From Felis catus (Eukaryota): a stretch of DNA of 64,000 bases. Below are positions 1 through 11,824 of this stretch, piece by piece (within the stretch, counting starts at the first letter, position 1; every line of letters starts with the position of its first letter). The notes under the pieces were generated by a model. It saw only the letters and a program-made list of their open reading frames with translations, made no database searches and was not told the DNA's origin. The stretch spans positions 10,728,001 to 10,792,000 of the forward strand of contig NC_058383.1 in NCBI RefSeq assembly GCF_018350175.1. Reading direction: 5' to 3'. Made by a program: the position numbers and the translations under genes.

Positions 1-504
1 GGGGGCACCGTCCTCGGGAAGCGTGGCCCTGTCCTCCGGGAGTCCCGGCCCAAGGGGTACGTGGCTTGATCTTGAGGAGGAGCTCAGACTAAGCTGGGGA
101 TGCAGCCTTGGTCCCCCGGGGTCCTGGGACCCGCATTCTGAAGAGCCTCCGATGGCCCCAAGGGGAAGACCTCGCCACCTAGGGGCCAAACCAGGAACTG
201 CTGCCTGGTGAGCCCCTCAGCATCTGTGCATGACTCTCCTTCAACAGGCCGTCCCCAATTCCGGATCTGCAAACGGCATCCACCAGCAAGACAAGGCCCA
301 CAAACAAGAGGTAAGGGGCGCCCTGGCCCCGGGGAGACACCCTGGCCGACTCCTCTGGCCAAAAAACCCCGAAAAGCCACCAAAATCACGACGGTGCATT
401 TGCGCCAGAGGCTTCACCGTCGGGTCGCTCACGACCTGGGGCCAGCGCAGTTAAAGTTGGCTCGGCTGTCATCTGTTCTTTTAACCTCGTGTCTCTTTTT
501 TTAA

Positions 505-647
505 GGACTTTCATAATAAAAGTTAAAACATGTCTATTAGGAAACGTTTGGTGGGGGGAAAGACCCAAAATAGATAAAGAAGATAGTCCTCCTGCCCAGA
601 GGTGACCAAGGTTGACATTTTTAAATGATATCCTTCTTGAACTTTGC
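505..647 (-). mobile_element. Ancient L1 (L1ME-like) 3' end fragment
   Basis: ataaaagttaaaacatgtc...cccagaggtgaccaaggttgacatttttaaatgatatccttc resembles the antisense L1ME 3' terminus (recall). Confidence 0.5.
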
Positions 648-679
648 TGTGTGTGTGCGTGTGTGTGTGTGTGTGTGTG
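648..679. repeat. (TG)n microsatellite, one interruption
   Basis: tgtgtgtgtgcgtgtgtgtgtgtgtgtgtgtg read directly. Confidence 0.95.
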
Positions 680-685
680 CATACC

Positions 686-940
686 CAGTCAGTCCTCATT
701 ATTCACAGATTCCTTACTTGCAAAACTACCTCCTCGATAAAATTTGTGACCCCAGAATCAATACTCACGGCACTTGTGTGGTCATTCACGGACACGTGCA
801 GAGAGGAGAAAAATTCGAGTCACCTGACATGCACATTCCCAGCTGAGGTCCGACAGACGACCCTCTGCCACCCTGTTCCTGCTCTCAAAAGTGTCCTTTC
901 CACGGTCTATTTTGTGCCACGTTGGCCACATTTTTGTGTA
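686..940 (+). mobile_element. MER6-like TcMar-Tigger DNA transposon fragment
   Basis: cagtcagtcctcattattcacagattcc...aaaaattcgagtcacctgac...ttcccagctgaggtc matches the recalled MER6 5' end. Confidence 0.7.
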
Positions 941-3900
941 CACGGGCACTCGGTGCTCTTTGTGAGACCCATCTGCTCTCACCCCTTCCCCTAAACTGCT
1001 CCCACCCTACCTCCTGTCTCACTACACCCCAGACACCGCAGAGTGGCTTTTCCTGCCCCGGGGCCTTTGCATGTGCTGTCCCCGCTCCCTGGCACAAGTG
1101 GGCTCTCAAACAGCCCACCCCACTCCCTTCACTATCTGAGACACACTTGCTGATCAAGGCCTTGCTCCCCCCAGGAGAAGCACTGACCCTGAGGGACACC
1201 GTGGAGCAGCCGAGTCCACAGCAGAGCCCCTCCGGCCAGCCCCGGCGGCGCCCCCTCCAGGCAGGGGCCAGGACTGTCACTTTGGAGACAAGAACAGTGT
1301 TTGTAACGATAACGTGCCCACTGCCGCGGACAATCCCCCACCCCGACCCCCCTGCCGGACCGGGAGGCTCCCTCAAGCACCACCTTCCACAGCGAGCGGT
1401 ACAGTCCTGGCCTGGACCCCGGGACCTTCAGCCTGGACACCCTGGACGCCCCGGCAGTTTCTGGAGTTTGGGGAGGCTGAGGTGATCCGGCCAGGCCCCT
1501 CTCAAGCTGCCCTGAGGACCATCTTGGCACCCCAGGTGTGTCCCTGCCCTCCCTTTCTTCTCCTTCTTCTCCCGGGTTCCCCTGAGACCCCAGAGAGCCA
1601 TCGTCCTGGGAAAGGGTCAGAGGGGGCCCAGCTAGGCACCAAGGAAGGCAGGCCAGGCCTCAGGAGCCAGGTGGGGACCCCCTTTTCTGCAGCCACTTCC
1701 GGGCCTAAGCAGTCCCCAGGCTTCTTGCCCCCATAGGCTGAGCCTTCTTCAAACAGTGGTCCGAGACCCGTCGGCCTGTCTGCCCAGTGAGGCCCGGGTT
1801 CAAGGTGTTGGGGGCAAGGTCCTTCTCCCCCCAGCCCCCAACACCATCTCACATACACAGCTCCAAGCTGCTGGCCAGAGGGTAGCCACCAGGGCCAGGA
1901 GCCACAGTATTAGGAAAGTTCAGAAGCCCCTCTCCCCATCCCCCACCACGCACCTGGCTTGGAGCGGGGGGCAGGGTGGCCGCAGGGCGTTTGGACTGGT
2001 CTGGAACGTGTCTCCTGGGTTGACCAGACGCTCCGAATCTGGGCCTGTGCCCCGCGGACACGCCCACGCAGGCTGCGCCACGTGCACCCCCTGACCCTTG
2101 GCACACGCACGGAGGGAGCAGGCGCGCACACGCGGTCGTGGGGGGTGGGCATTTGCAGTCAGCCGCGCTCAGGACGCACACGCTGGGGTGCACAGGACAC
2201 ACGCTCTTGGGACCGAGCGCCAGGTCTGGCAGGCCCGCGCCCACGTACATTGCAAACGTTGCTGCCACCTGGCTGCGTGCCCACACGCCCAGGCATACGG
2301 AGGTGGGTGAGCGTTCAGCGATGCGTGTGCCACACACGTGCATCAGAATGCACACGTACCAACAGCCCCCTTTCTTACCAGGCACCTGTCCAGAGCTTTG
2401 TAAGCCCGGGGGATGTTGATGACGAGAAAAATCTAGCCGCCTCTCTCCTCTGCCCCCCGAGTCCAGCTGAGTCACTCCAGACCTCTGTGTAGCGAGAAAA
2501 GCCAGTTCAGAAAAGCCTCTAGAGCTGGCGGGCCCGCAGGGTACTGCTTTGGGCCTGCCTCCACCTCCCGCAGCTCAGGGAGGGTTGTCGTTCGGGGCGC
2601 AGGGGAAACCTGATGGCCCATCGTGGTGTTCCCGAAATGCACCAGGATGGGTACGCAGACTGTGCCCTGGGAGCAACCTTGGCGGCCTTTGGGTGCTCCC
2701 GGGCACAGATGCGTGTGGCTCCCATCCTTGCCCAAACTCGGCCCATCCTGGGGGGGGCAGCCAGTTCGTCCCATCAGCCCCCCACCTCCCCACTGGCTTC
2801 TGGTAGCTCTCGCATGCGGTTTTATTAACAACAGTCTAGAAGCGATGCTTTAGTGGCCTAACCCAGAGTCAAATACTACTCTTTCCAGCAAAATCTGGCA
2901 GCTCGCCCCTCCTACGGGAGGCACTGATTAGTCTACTAACAGCCAAAGGCCCACACCAGGAGGGGTTGAGCCCCCAAGGCGGCCGGCAGGTGGCAAAGAA
3001 GCCACTTGGCTGCGAGCGTCTCCGCCTGTCCGGTGTGGGCTCAGCCGTGCCCCGTCCCCAAGCCCTCCCGCACCCTTGCCCTCCCCAAAGTGGAATTGTT
3101 GAAGTGTGGCGAGTCTGTGCTCGAGACAATAAAGCTTGTGACTGAGGTCTGGGGCCTTCGTTGTCTGCTTTTCTCTGTGGGCGCCCCAGTGCATGCCAGG
3201 AGTCGGTAGTCCCATTAGCTGCCAACTAATTCCTACTCAGTTGTGAATGGCTGATGAGGGCCTCAGAGGGCCTGGCATTTAAGAAGTCCGGGAGACTGCA
3301 CCTGGCCTTGTCCAAAGAGCAGGAACCCAGCAGGGACGGGACGAGCACGAGAGATAGGTCAGCGGGACGGGAGGCGCGGCAAGGCGGCCGGGCAGGGCTG
3401 GGGGTCTGGATTTGAATCTGCCGGAAGTATGACTGGGCCCAGAAGGAAAAGAACAAAAAACCCCTGACGTGCCAAATGACGAACATGAGTTCAGTGAGTT
3501 CGGGGAGAACATTTAACCTTAGTGAGCAAATTCTATCTCCTGCAGCAAGCTTTCTAGAGATCAAATGAACAGTCGAGGTTTTGCAAGCTCTGTGGTCACT
3601 TTACAGGTTTTGCAGTAGACGTTGCCTCCCTGGGAGACCGAATGAGGCTATCGAGGTTGACAGCTGAGTCTGGAAGCGTCGTGCGGTCTCCCGAGCGCTG
3701 CATCAGCACAGTGGGAGGAAGCAGGGGGAGGAAGTCCTCGGGTGAAGGGCTTAAGGAAGGGGCCGTGTGCGAGGTGTGGCCACGGCTAAGGGAACCCACA
3801 GGGCACCACTGCCACCCCAAAGGGGCAGAGGAGCTATGAGTGAAACCAAAAGCTGCAGCTGTGGAGGGGACCCCACCCCAGGCGGTGCGATCTAGGCGAG

Positions 3901-5040
3901 CAGGATCTGGAGGGTGATGAACCCAACCGGGAGCCCAGGCAAGGCAGCCTGTTGGAGGGGGAGAGGCCAGCCCCTGGGCGCACAGAGCCCGGAGAGAGGG
4001 GGTGCAGAATGGGTCTGGGGAGGGGGTGGGAACAAATGGGGAGCTCTGGGGCCTCAGATGTTAATGGGCTCTGTCGTTCCGGAACCGACCTTACCAGCCC
4101 GGCATTTTGAGATTCAGAGAGCTCCTGCAAACAGGATTCTTTTCCTCTCCAGGCTTCTCAGACACCGCTGTGATTTCTGGTTCCTTTCCACTGCCTCCCC
4201 CTGCCCCCCGCCCAGGCCCCATCACCGACTGAGACTAAGGGCCCTACATGCATCACTCTTGCTGATGGGGGCGGGTAGTGTTGTGGGGGGTGGGAGGGTA
4301 GTGTTTCTTTGACCAGTTCAGACTTCAGTGCAAACTGCATGCTGGGGGCCTGTGGTCAGAAAAGAGCGGAAGCCCCCGCCCATTCAAGGCTCCTGAGCCA
4401 GCAGTCAGGGTGACCCCGTGTCACCTGCTGGGAAGAAGAAGGTGCTGGGTGCAGGGAGGAAAGAAGAGAGGAGCAGGCAGGGAGGGTCAGAGAGAGTAGG
4501 GGACCTGGCGGCTCAGGGAGAGGCCCGGGGCGAGGCTGGAGCACAAGTCTTACTGTCACCAGCGCTGAGGGTGCGGGGGACACGAGGCCAGAGGGCAGAG
4601 GGCCCGAATCTCACGGGAGGAGCCCCCAAGAGGTGCCGAATAGAAGACACCTGTGCCGGGATGAGAGAACTCCTTGAGGGGCTGGTGAGGAAGGGGAGAT
4701 GTCCCGTCCTCAGGGGCCTCGAGGACAGAAGGCTGCAGGGATGGGGGGTGGGGGCTTCGGGATGGTGTGTGCAAAGCGGAAGGCCTGGTGGCCTTCCAGG
4801 AGGGTGGCCTTGACCCTGCGTGTGTGTTCGGGGTGGGGGTGGGGGTTCTCAGCACCCCTCTGGAATGAGCACAGGCACCCTTGTCAGGACATCCTTGACA
4901 GCCAGCCCAGCTGCCACCCTCTGACTGTGTGGACCAGGCCCCCCCTGCTCTTCTTCCCTGAGCCTCAGTTTCCTCATCTGTGACATACAGAAAATAAAAC
5001 CGTTCTCACACACTGTGGGATCTAAATGAGACCCCAGAAT

Positions 5041-5638
5041 GGGGCACCTGGGTGGCTCTGTCGGTTAAGCGTCTGACTTCAGCTCAGGTCATGATCTCGC
5101 GGTCCGTAGGTTTGAGCCCCGCGTCGGGCTCTGTGCTGACAGCTGGGAGCCTGGAGCCTGCTTCAGATTCTGGGTCTCCCTCTCTCCCTCTCTCTCCTGC
5201 TCTCTGTCTTTCTCTGCCCCTCCCCCACTTGCACTCTGTCTCCTCTCTCTCAAAAGTAAGAAGAACACTAAAAATATTTGTCTTGGGGTGCCTGGGTGGC
5301 TCGGGTGGCTCAGTCGGTTAAGCGTCTGACTTCGGCTCGGGTCATGATCTCACAGTCTGTGGGTTCGAGCCCCACGTCGGGCTCTGTGCTGACAGCTCAG
5401 AGCCGGGAGCCTGTTTCGGATTCTGTGTCTCCCTCTTTCTCTGACCCTCCCCTGTTCATGCTCTCTGTCTCAAAAATAAATGTTAAAAAAATTAAAAAAA
5501 ATTTTTGTCTTATACTCTGTGCTGACAGCTGGGAGCCTGGAGCCTGCTTCAGATTCTGGGTCTCCCTCTCTCTCTGCCCCTCCCCTGCTTGCGCTCTCTC
5601 TTTCTCTCAAAAGTAAATAGACATTAAAAAAAAAAAAA
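5041..5638 (+). mobile_element. Three tandem Can-SINEs (5041-5275, 5285-5500, 5'-truncated 5515-5638)
   Basis: GGGGCACCTGGGTGGCTC heads on the first two copies, (CT)n tracts, A tails. The middle copy is flanked by aaaaat(a/t)tttgtctt. Confidence 0.92.
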
Positions 5639-6180
5639 CCCTTCCGGACAGCCCCCCCCCCCAAGAATTATCCAAAGCAATTCTCCTCTGACTCTCTCTT
5701 ATCACCCTCGACTGGAGTCCCCTTTTATGTTCCTGATGGGCATGAATTGCCTAACAGTGCCTGAGAACTAACATTTGTCATCAAGAGACAGTACCATACT
5801 GCGGCTTGAGCCCCTGACTCAGGCATTAACCCACCTGTGACCTTGGGCAACCCCCAACCTCAGTTTCCTCATCTGTAAAGTGGAGAGTGTAATCCCCAGG
5901 CATGGGGGATCGCGGAGGGAAATGTCAGCAATTTGCAGGTGGCAGGGGTGCGGGGGAGCATCCTTCCCTGGGTCACTCCTCCTGGGATGGGATCAGGTGG
6001 GGCCCTGGGTCCCGCTTTGGGAAGATTCAGAACTCGGAGCAGCAGTGTTCTGGTGCGGGGTTGAGCCACTGTGGGTGGCAGTGGGGACCAGGGGTCCCTT
6101 CGACACCCCACCCGATGCTCACAGCACTGGCCCCCTGAGCTAGGAAAGGAACCTGAAAAGGCTTAAGAATGAGACCATCT

Positions 6181-6390
6181 GGGGGCGCCTGGATGGCTCA
6201 GTCATTTAAGTGTCTGACTTCGGCTCAGGTCCTGATCTCACGGTTCATGAGTTCGAGCCCCGCGTTAGGCTCTGTGCTGACAGCTCAGAGCCTGCAGCCT
6301 GCTTTGGATTCTGTGTCTCCCTCTCTCAGTTCCTTTCCTGTGTTGCCCCCTGCCCCCTCAAAAATAAATAAAGATTAAAACAAAAAAGAA
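6181..6390 (+). mobile_element. Can-SINE with target-site duplication (TSD)
   Basis: Full head to A tail; TSD AAGAATGAGACC at 6165-6176 and 6386-6397. Confidence 0.93.
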
Positions 6391-6681
6391 TGAGACCGCC
6401 CGGGTTTGAATTGCAGCCCAGCCACTTAGCTGGTTTACGACCTCACCAGAGCCCCTAAACTCCCTGAGCCCCTGCTTTCCCATCTCCAATATGACCAGGA
6501 CAATGGTCATACACCGGCTTGTTAGGACAATCAAATGCCACATCCCTTCCTCCCAGCCCAGGGTCTGTCACATGCTAGGGAGTGGTCTCAAGAACAGGGG
6601 CCTCTCTCGTCCCACTTCGCCTCTTTGCTCTCGGTGACGCCTGGACCCCTGACTCCACGGGGACCCATCCAGCCCTCTTGC

Positions 6682-6717
6682 CTGTAATGCTGCCAGCTCA
6701 CCACCAGGTGTCGCGCT
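6682..6717 (+). promoter_or_regulatory. Candidate CTCF site (core plus upstream motif)
   Basis: Core CCACCAGGTGTCGC at 6701-6714, preceded by CTGTAATG at 6682-6689. Confidence 0.5.
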
Positions 6718-7644
6718 CGGCTCTCTCAATCCCCATCCGTGGATGGGAGGGACGACTGAAATCCAGAGCCCTGAAGGCTCAGGGCCAAGTTCACAAGCCA
6801 GCCCCACCTGGGGACCCAGATGTCTCAGCTCCTGACCCTAGAGTTCTAGGCAGATGTGGCCTCCCAGATGTGGTTCCTAGATGTGGTTCTGGCCTCTCTA
6901 TGAGTGTCCATCTGGGACAGTAGGGGGAGGATGGATGTTTCTTCTATCACCAGGACCCCAAGAGGCCAGGACTTGAAATCTCCCCGCTTCCATCACAGTG
7001 CTCCTCCCACCCCACCCCTGCGCCCACTCCCCACCGTCGACCCTGACCCTGACCCTGCAGGATTTCAGGCTGATTTGCCCTCCTGACTCCAGGCACTGCC
7101 CCCATCCATAGAGCTGGCTCCTGAGCCTGGAGTCTCTGTCTTAAACTGTCACCACTCCACCCTCTCCATTCTCAGCTCTGGACACCCACCCTGGTCCCTC
7201 TCCTGTTCCCCATGAGTGGCTGTAAAATGTCTTAAGACTGTAATTTGGGGTCCAGAGTAAATTCAGAAGGCAACATGGGACAGGGCAAATAACCGGGAAA
7301 CTTAGATCCCGGCCCAGATCCCCCCCCTCCAGAGAAGCCATTCCAAGTGTCGCATACCCACACCCTTTCCTCCCCTGCCTTCCCCCACCCCCTCACGGCA
7401 CGCATCTCTGTCTGAGGGGACATCCTTGTAGGGAACCCGTTTAATACCTGGGTCTCTTCATGGTCAGGCCCCACAATGGGCTCCCTCATATCCCTAACTT
7501 TTAGCCTAGTGCCTGGAACATCGTAGATGCTCAATACGCCCCCCCCACACACACACCCCTAAATCTTCAATGTTGCCCCTCCTCTTTGCTACTCCCTGAG
7601 CTCCAAACATTGCCAGGCTCACCCTCCATTTAAAAAATGTTCAG

Positions 7645-8345
7645 AGCACCTGGGTGGCACATTCAACTGAGCTTCTGACTCTTGATTTCGGCTCAGGTCA
7701 TGATCTCAGGGTTGTGGGATTGAGTCCCGTGTGCACGGAGTATGGAGCCTGCTTAAGACTCTCTCTCTCTCTCTGCCCCTCTCCCCAGCTCACGCTCTCT
7801 CTCTCTTAAAAAAAAAAAAAAGTGCTTCCTGGGGCACCTGTCTGGCTCAGACAGTGGAATGTGTGACTCTTGATCTCGGGGTCATGAGTTCAAGCCCTGT
7901 ACTGGGCTCTGTGCTGGGCATGAATCCTGCTTAAAATTTAAAAAAATACAGGGGCACCTGGGTGGCTCAGTTGGTTAAGCGTCCGACTTCAGCTCAGGTC
8001 ATGATCTCGCGGTTTGTGGGTTCGAGCCCCACATTGGGCTCTGTGCTGACCGCTCAGAGCCTGGAGCCTGCTTCCGATTCTGTGTCTCCCTCTCTCTCTG
8101 CTCCACTCCTGCTCATGCTCTGTCTCTGTCTCTCAAAATTAAATAAGTGTTAAATTTTTTTTAAATAATAATCAAAAAATAATAAAAAGGCAGTGAAAAC
8201 AATATGTGCCCACATACATATGGCCAGCCACAGAGCCTGCTTCAGATCCTCTGTGCCCCTCTCTCTCTGCCCCTCCCCTTCTCATTCTTTGTCTCTCTCT
8301 CTTTCAAGATAAATAAACTTAAAAAAATAAAAAAATATATATAAC
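7645..8345 (+). mobile_element. Cluster of four Can-SINEs or fragments (~7645, 7831, 7951, 8228)
   Basis: Repeated SINE heads or bodies, each followed by an A-rich tail. Confidence 0.88.
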
Positions 8346-8689
8346 AAAATTAAAGTAACATCTTCATGTTCAGAAGATGAACTGTGTCTTTGTTCTCTGA
8401 GTAGGTTCATCCACGGTCCTGTCCTCTGGGAAATCTGTCTCATGGGTGGTCTCTGGAGCTTCTTAAATTCTTACGTCTTAAGGTTCACGGGTTTAATCTT
8501 TTAATCTCAGACTTCAGGCTTTGATCTTCTACCTTAAATCACATTCATTTTGTCACTTTATTTTACCATTATTTTAAACCTCTTAACTTCTCTCTGTTGC
8601 TCAGGGTGACTTTTCAGCCCGACTTCCTGGTTTTAAACCTTTAAGTTTGTATTTGTGGATTTTCACTTTGATGGTGGCTTTAGATTTTT

Positions 8690-9124
8690 TTCAGTTTATT
8701 TGTCTATTTTTATGTTTAATTTTTTGAGAGAGAGAGAGGGCGAGCGAGCGAGTGGGGAGAGGGGCAGAGAGACAGAATCTCAAGCAGGCTCCACGCTTAG
8801 CGTGGAATCCGACGCAAGTTTCGATCCCGTGACTCTGGGATCATGACCTGAGTCCAAATCAAGAGTCGGACGCTTAGGGGCACCTGGGTGGCTCAGTGGG
8901 TTAAGTGTCCGACTTCGGCTCAGGTCATGATCTCACAGTCCGTGAGTTTGAGCCCCGTGTCAAGCTCTGTGCTGACAGCTCGGAGCCTGGAGCCTGTTTC
9001 AGATTCTGTGTCTCCCTCTCTCTCTGCCCCTCCCCTGCTCATGCTCTGTCTCTCTGTCTCAAAAATAAATAAAAACATTAAAAAAAAAAAAAAGAGTCGG
9101 GCGCTTAACTGACTGAGCCACCCA
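8690..9124. mobile_element. Minus-strand Can-SINE interrupted by a plus-strand Can-SINE (8877-9091)
   Basis: 16-bp TSD AAGAGTCGG(A/G)CGCTTA at 8861-8876 and 9092-9107; host head resumes at 9108. Confidence 0.92.
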
Positions 9125-10211
9125 ATTTCCTCCGTGTAAAATCCCCACTCTTCTCTGTGATTTCTTCTCTTTAATTGTCCAGGGATTCGGTTCTCACAAC
9201 CCGGGTGCAAGCAGGGTTCTAGTATAATCATCAATCCCGTTTCACAGCTGAGCAAATGAGACCCAAGAAGGGTAAGCATTTGCTCGAGGTCACAGGGCTG
9301 GTGAGTGGCGGGAGGGATGGCCGGTCCAGGCTCCCCCTGCCTGCTTCTCCCCAGGTGCCGACAGTGCCCTCCAGGAGGTTCGGGTCCCCCTGGCTATCTC
9401 TGCCTGGCCCCTCAGGCTGCCCTGTGGACCTCCCGGCCTTTCACAACTGCTTTTCCTGAAACCCTCATTCCAGGAGACTCGAGGGGCTCACTAGCCCCTC
9501 TGTGCAAAGGGCGCCCTTGATTTTCCAAAGCACGTGGCTGCCTGGAACCTCACGCCAGTGGGGCTTCGTCGAAGGACCTGCGTGTCTTTGAATCTGTGGT
9601 CTCTACACCCATGCCTTCGGGATCAGGGCTGATTCTGCCCCTTAGCATGCCACCGACCTGGAGGAACTGCCGGGCAAGATGCCCTGTCCCTCTGGTGGGA
9701 CAGCAGCTGGACATGATGCTGGAGTCCTCACAGCTGGCACGAGGGAGGCTAGGGAAGGGTCAGCACCGGGCCCCCGGGCCAGCTTCATGCCAGGCTGCCT
9801 GCACACTGATTTCCTGGACGGTCCAGACCTGTCCTCCAGAAGGCACTGTGACACCGGGGCCACCATGCCGCATGACTCCAGGGGGCACTATTCACATAGC
9901 AACCTGCAGAGATAGCTTGTAAGGACAGGCCTGCCGGGCTGAGGGTCAGGGAGCACGGGACACCTGTAGCGTGTGTCCCAAACAGGGATCATCTTTGGGG
10001 TCACCTACATTGCTTCACCTGCGGGCTCATGACTCAGGCTGTCCAGTTAGATACCCCGACCCAGCACTTTCCACCATGACCACCACTGGGATCATGTGGC
10101 TGAACCAGGGTCATGGGACCAACACCAGGATCCCGCAGAATATCCGTCCTTCAGGCACGTCTCACCTCCTTCCCCACCCGTCACCCTCAGCTATAAAGGA
10201 GAGAAAATAAG

Positions 10212-10723
10212 GTTTTGGTTTTTTAAACATGTTTATTTATTTATTTATTTATTTCAGAAAGACAGAGGTAGAGAGCCAGCGGGGGAGGGACAGAGAGAGA
10301 GGGAGACAGAATCCCAAGCAGGTTCCATGCTGTCAGCGCAGAGCCCGACGTGGGGTTTGAACCCACGAACTTGGAGATCACGACTTGAGCCGAAGTCAAG
10401 AGTCAGACGCTTCACTGAATGAGCCGCCCAGGTGCCCCAGTAATAGTGTTTTGTTTTGTTTTTTGTTTTTGTTTTTAAATCTTTTTTTAAGGTTTATTTA
10501 TTTCTGAGACAGAGAGAGACAGAGCACGAGTGGGGAAGGGGCAGAGAGAGAGGGAGACACAGAATCGGAAGCAGGCTCCAGGCTCTGAGCCATCAGCACA
10601 GAGCCCGATGCAAGGCTCGAACTCACAAACTTGGAGATCACGACCTGAGCCGAAGTCAAGAGTCAGATGCTTCACTGAATGAACCGCCCAGGTGCCCCAG
10701 TAATAGTGTTTTGTTTTGTTTTT
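10212..10723 (-). mobile_element. Two tandem Can-SINEs sharing a duplicated head and flank
   Basis: T-rich tails and GA tracts; near-identical 96-bp segments at 10368-10463 and 10628-10723. Confidence 0.9.
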
Positions 10724-10734
10724 AAAGTACTGTA

Positions 10735-11015
10735 GATCCGTTGAAATGAAAGATGCCAGAGAAAACAGTACATCCTGTGGGGCTCCTTGCGTAGAAGAAT
10801 AAAACAGGCATCAGTAATTGATGCTATTGGAAGTCAGAGTAGTTTTCCTCCAAGGTAATGACCAGCAGGAGGTATAAGGAGACTTCTGGGGGTCTGGCAT
10901 CTTCTATTTCCCCACCTGGGTGCTCGTCCCATGGAATTGCTCGGTTTATGTAATCCAATATGCTGTGCACGTATGATTTATATACTTCCCTGTATGTAAC
11001 ACCTCAATTAAAAAA
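10735..11015 (+). mobile_element. Old L1 (L1ME-like) 3' UTR end
   Basis: ggaagtcagagtag...ggagacttctgggggtctggcatcttctatttc...ctgtgcacgtatgattta...caattaaaa is typical of an L1M 3' terminus (recall). Confidence 0.65.
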
Positions 11016-11024
11016 ATTTTTTTA

Positions 11025-11500
11025 GGGGCGCCTGGGTGGTGCAGTCGGTTAAGCGTCCGACTTCAGCCAGGTCACGATCTCGCGGTCCGGGAGTTCGAGC
11101 CCCGCGTCGGGCTCTGGGCTGATGATGGCTCAGAGCCTGGAGCCTGTTTCCGATTCTGTGTCTCCCTCTCTCTCTCTGCCCCTCCCCCATTCATGCTCTG
11201 TCTCTCTCTGTCCCAAAAATAAATAAACATTGAAAAAAAAAATTTAAAAAAAAATTTTTTTTAGGGGCGCCTGGGTGGCTCAGTCGGTTGAGCGGCCGAC
11301 TTCGGCTGAGATCACGATCTTGCGGCTCGTGAGTTCGAGCCCCACATCGGGGCTCTGTGCTGACAGCTCAGAGCCTGGAGCCTGCTTCGGGTTCTGCGTC
11401 TCCCTCTCTCTGCCCCTAACCCACTTGCATTCTGTCTCTCTCTCTCAAAAATAAACATTAAAAAAATTTTTTTAATAAATAAAAAAAAAATTTTTTTTTT
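11025..11500 (+). mobile_element. Two tandem young SINEC_Fc-type elements (11025-11255, 11264-11490)
   Basis: CpG-rich, near-consensus bodies separated and flanked by aaaaaatttttttt. Confidence 0.93.
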
Positions 11501-11824
11501 TTACCAAAAATGCAAGTGTTCTCCTACAGGCAGAGGGTATGGCTTTCCCAGGGCCTGGACCAGATCTGGCCAGCCCATTAATTATCTCCATGAGAACCCA
11601 CCATCCTGGGCCACAATGCTTGGAAATGCTCCAGGCTTTTATAGATTTTTAGGTAAGAACTCATTTCAGCAAATCTGCCCCCCCCCCCCAACCGCTGCCC
11701 CCCCAGCTCAGTTCCTGATGCCTGATTTAGGGCCAATTTATCCCAGGGTGCTTGTCCGGAGCCACAAGGCTCCCACCCCCACATCTACAATGACTTACTG
11801 AGTGTTCCTCTTTACTCCTCCTTT

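Noticed and set aside
505..560. AATAAA at 515-520 as the poly(A) signal of the upstream gene (CLIP2 by synteny)
   Set aside because: The surrounding sequence resembles an antisense L1ME 3' end, and I cannot recognise any CLIP2 exon or UTR sequence here.
5052..9112. Recurrent short ORFs of the type MAQxVKRxTSAQVMIS...LEPASDSVSPSLS
   Set aside because: They are translations of Can-SINE consensus, not a gene family.
11025..11110. tRNA-like A-box and B-box sequences (TGGCTCAGTCGG, GAGTTCGAGCC)
   Set aside because: These are tRNA-derived SINE heads followed by a CT tract and A tail, not tRNA genes.
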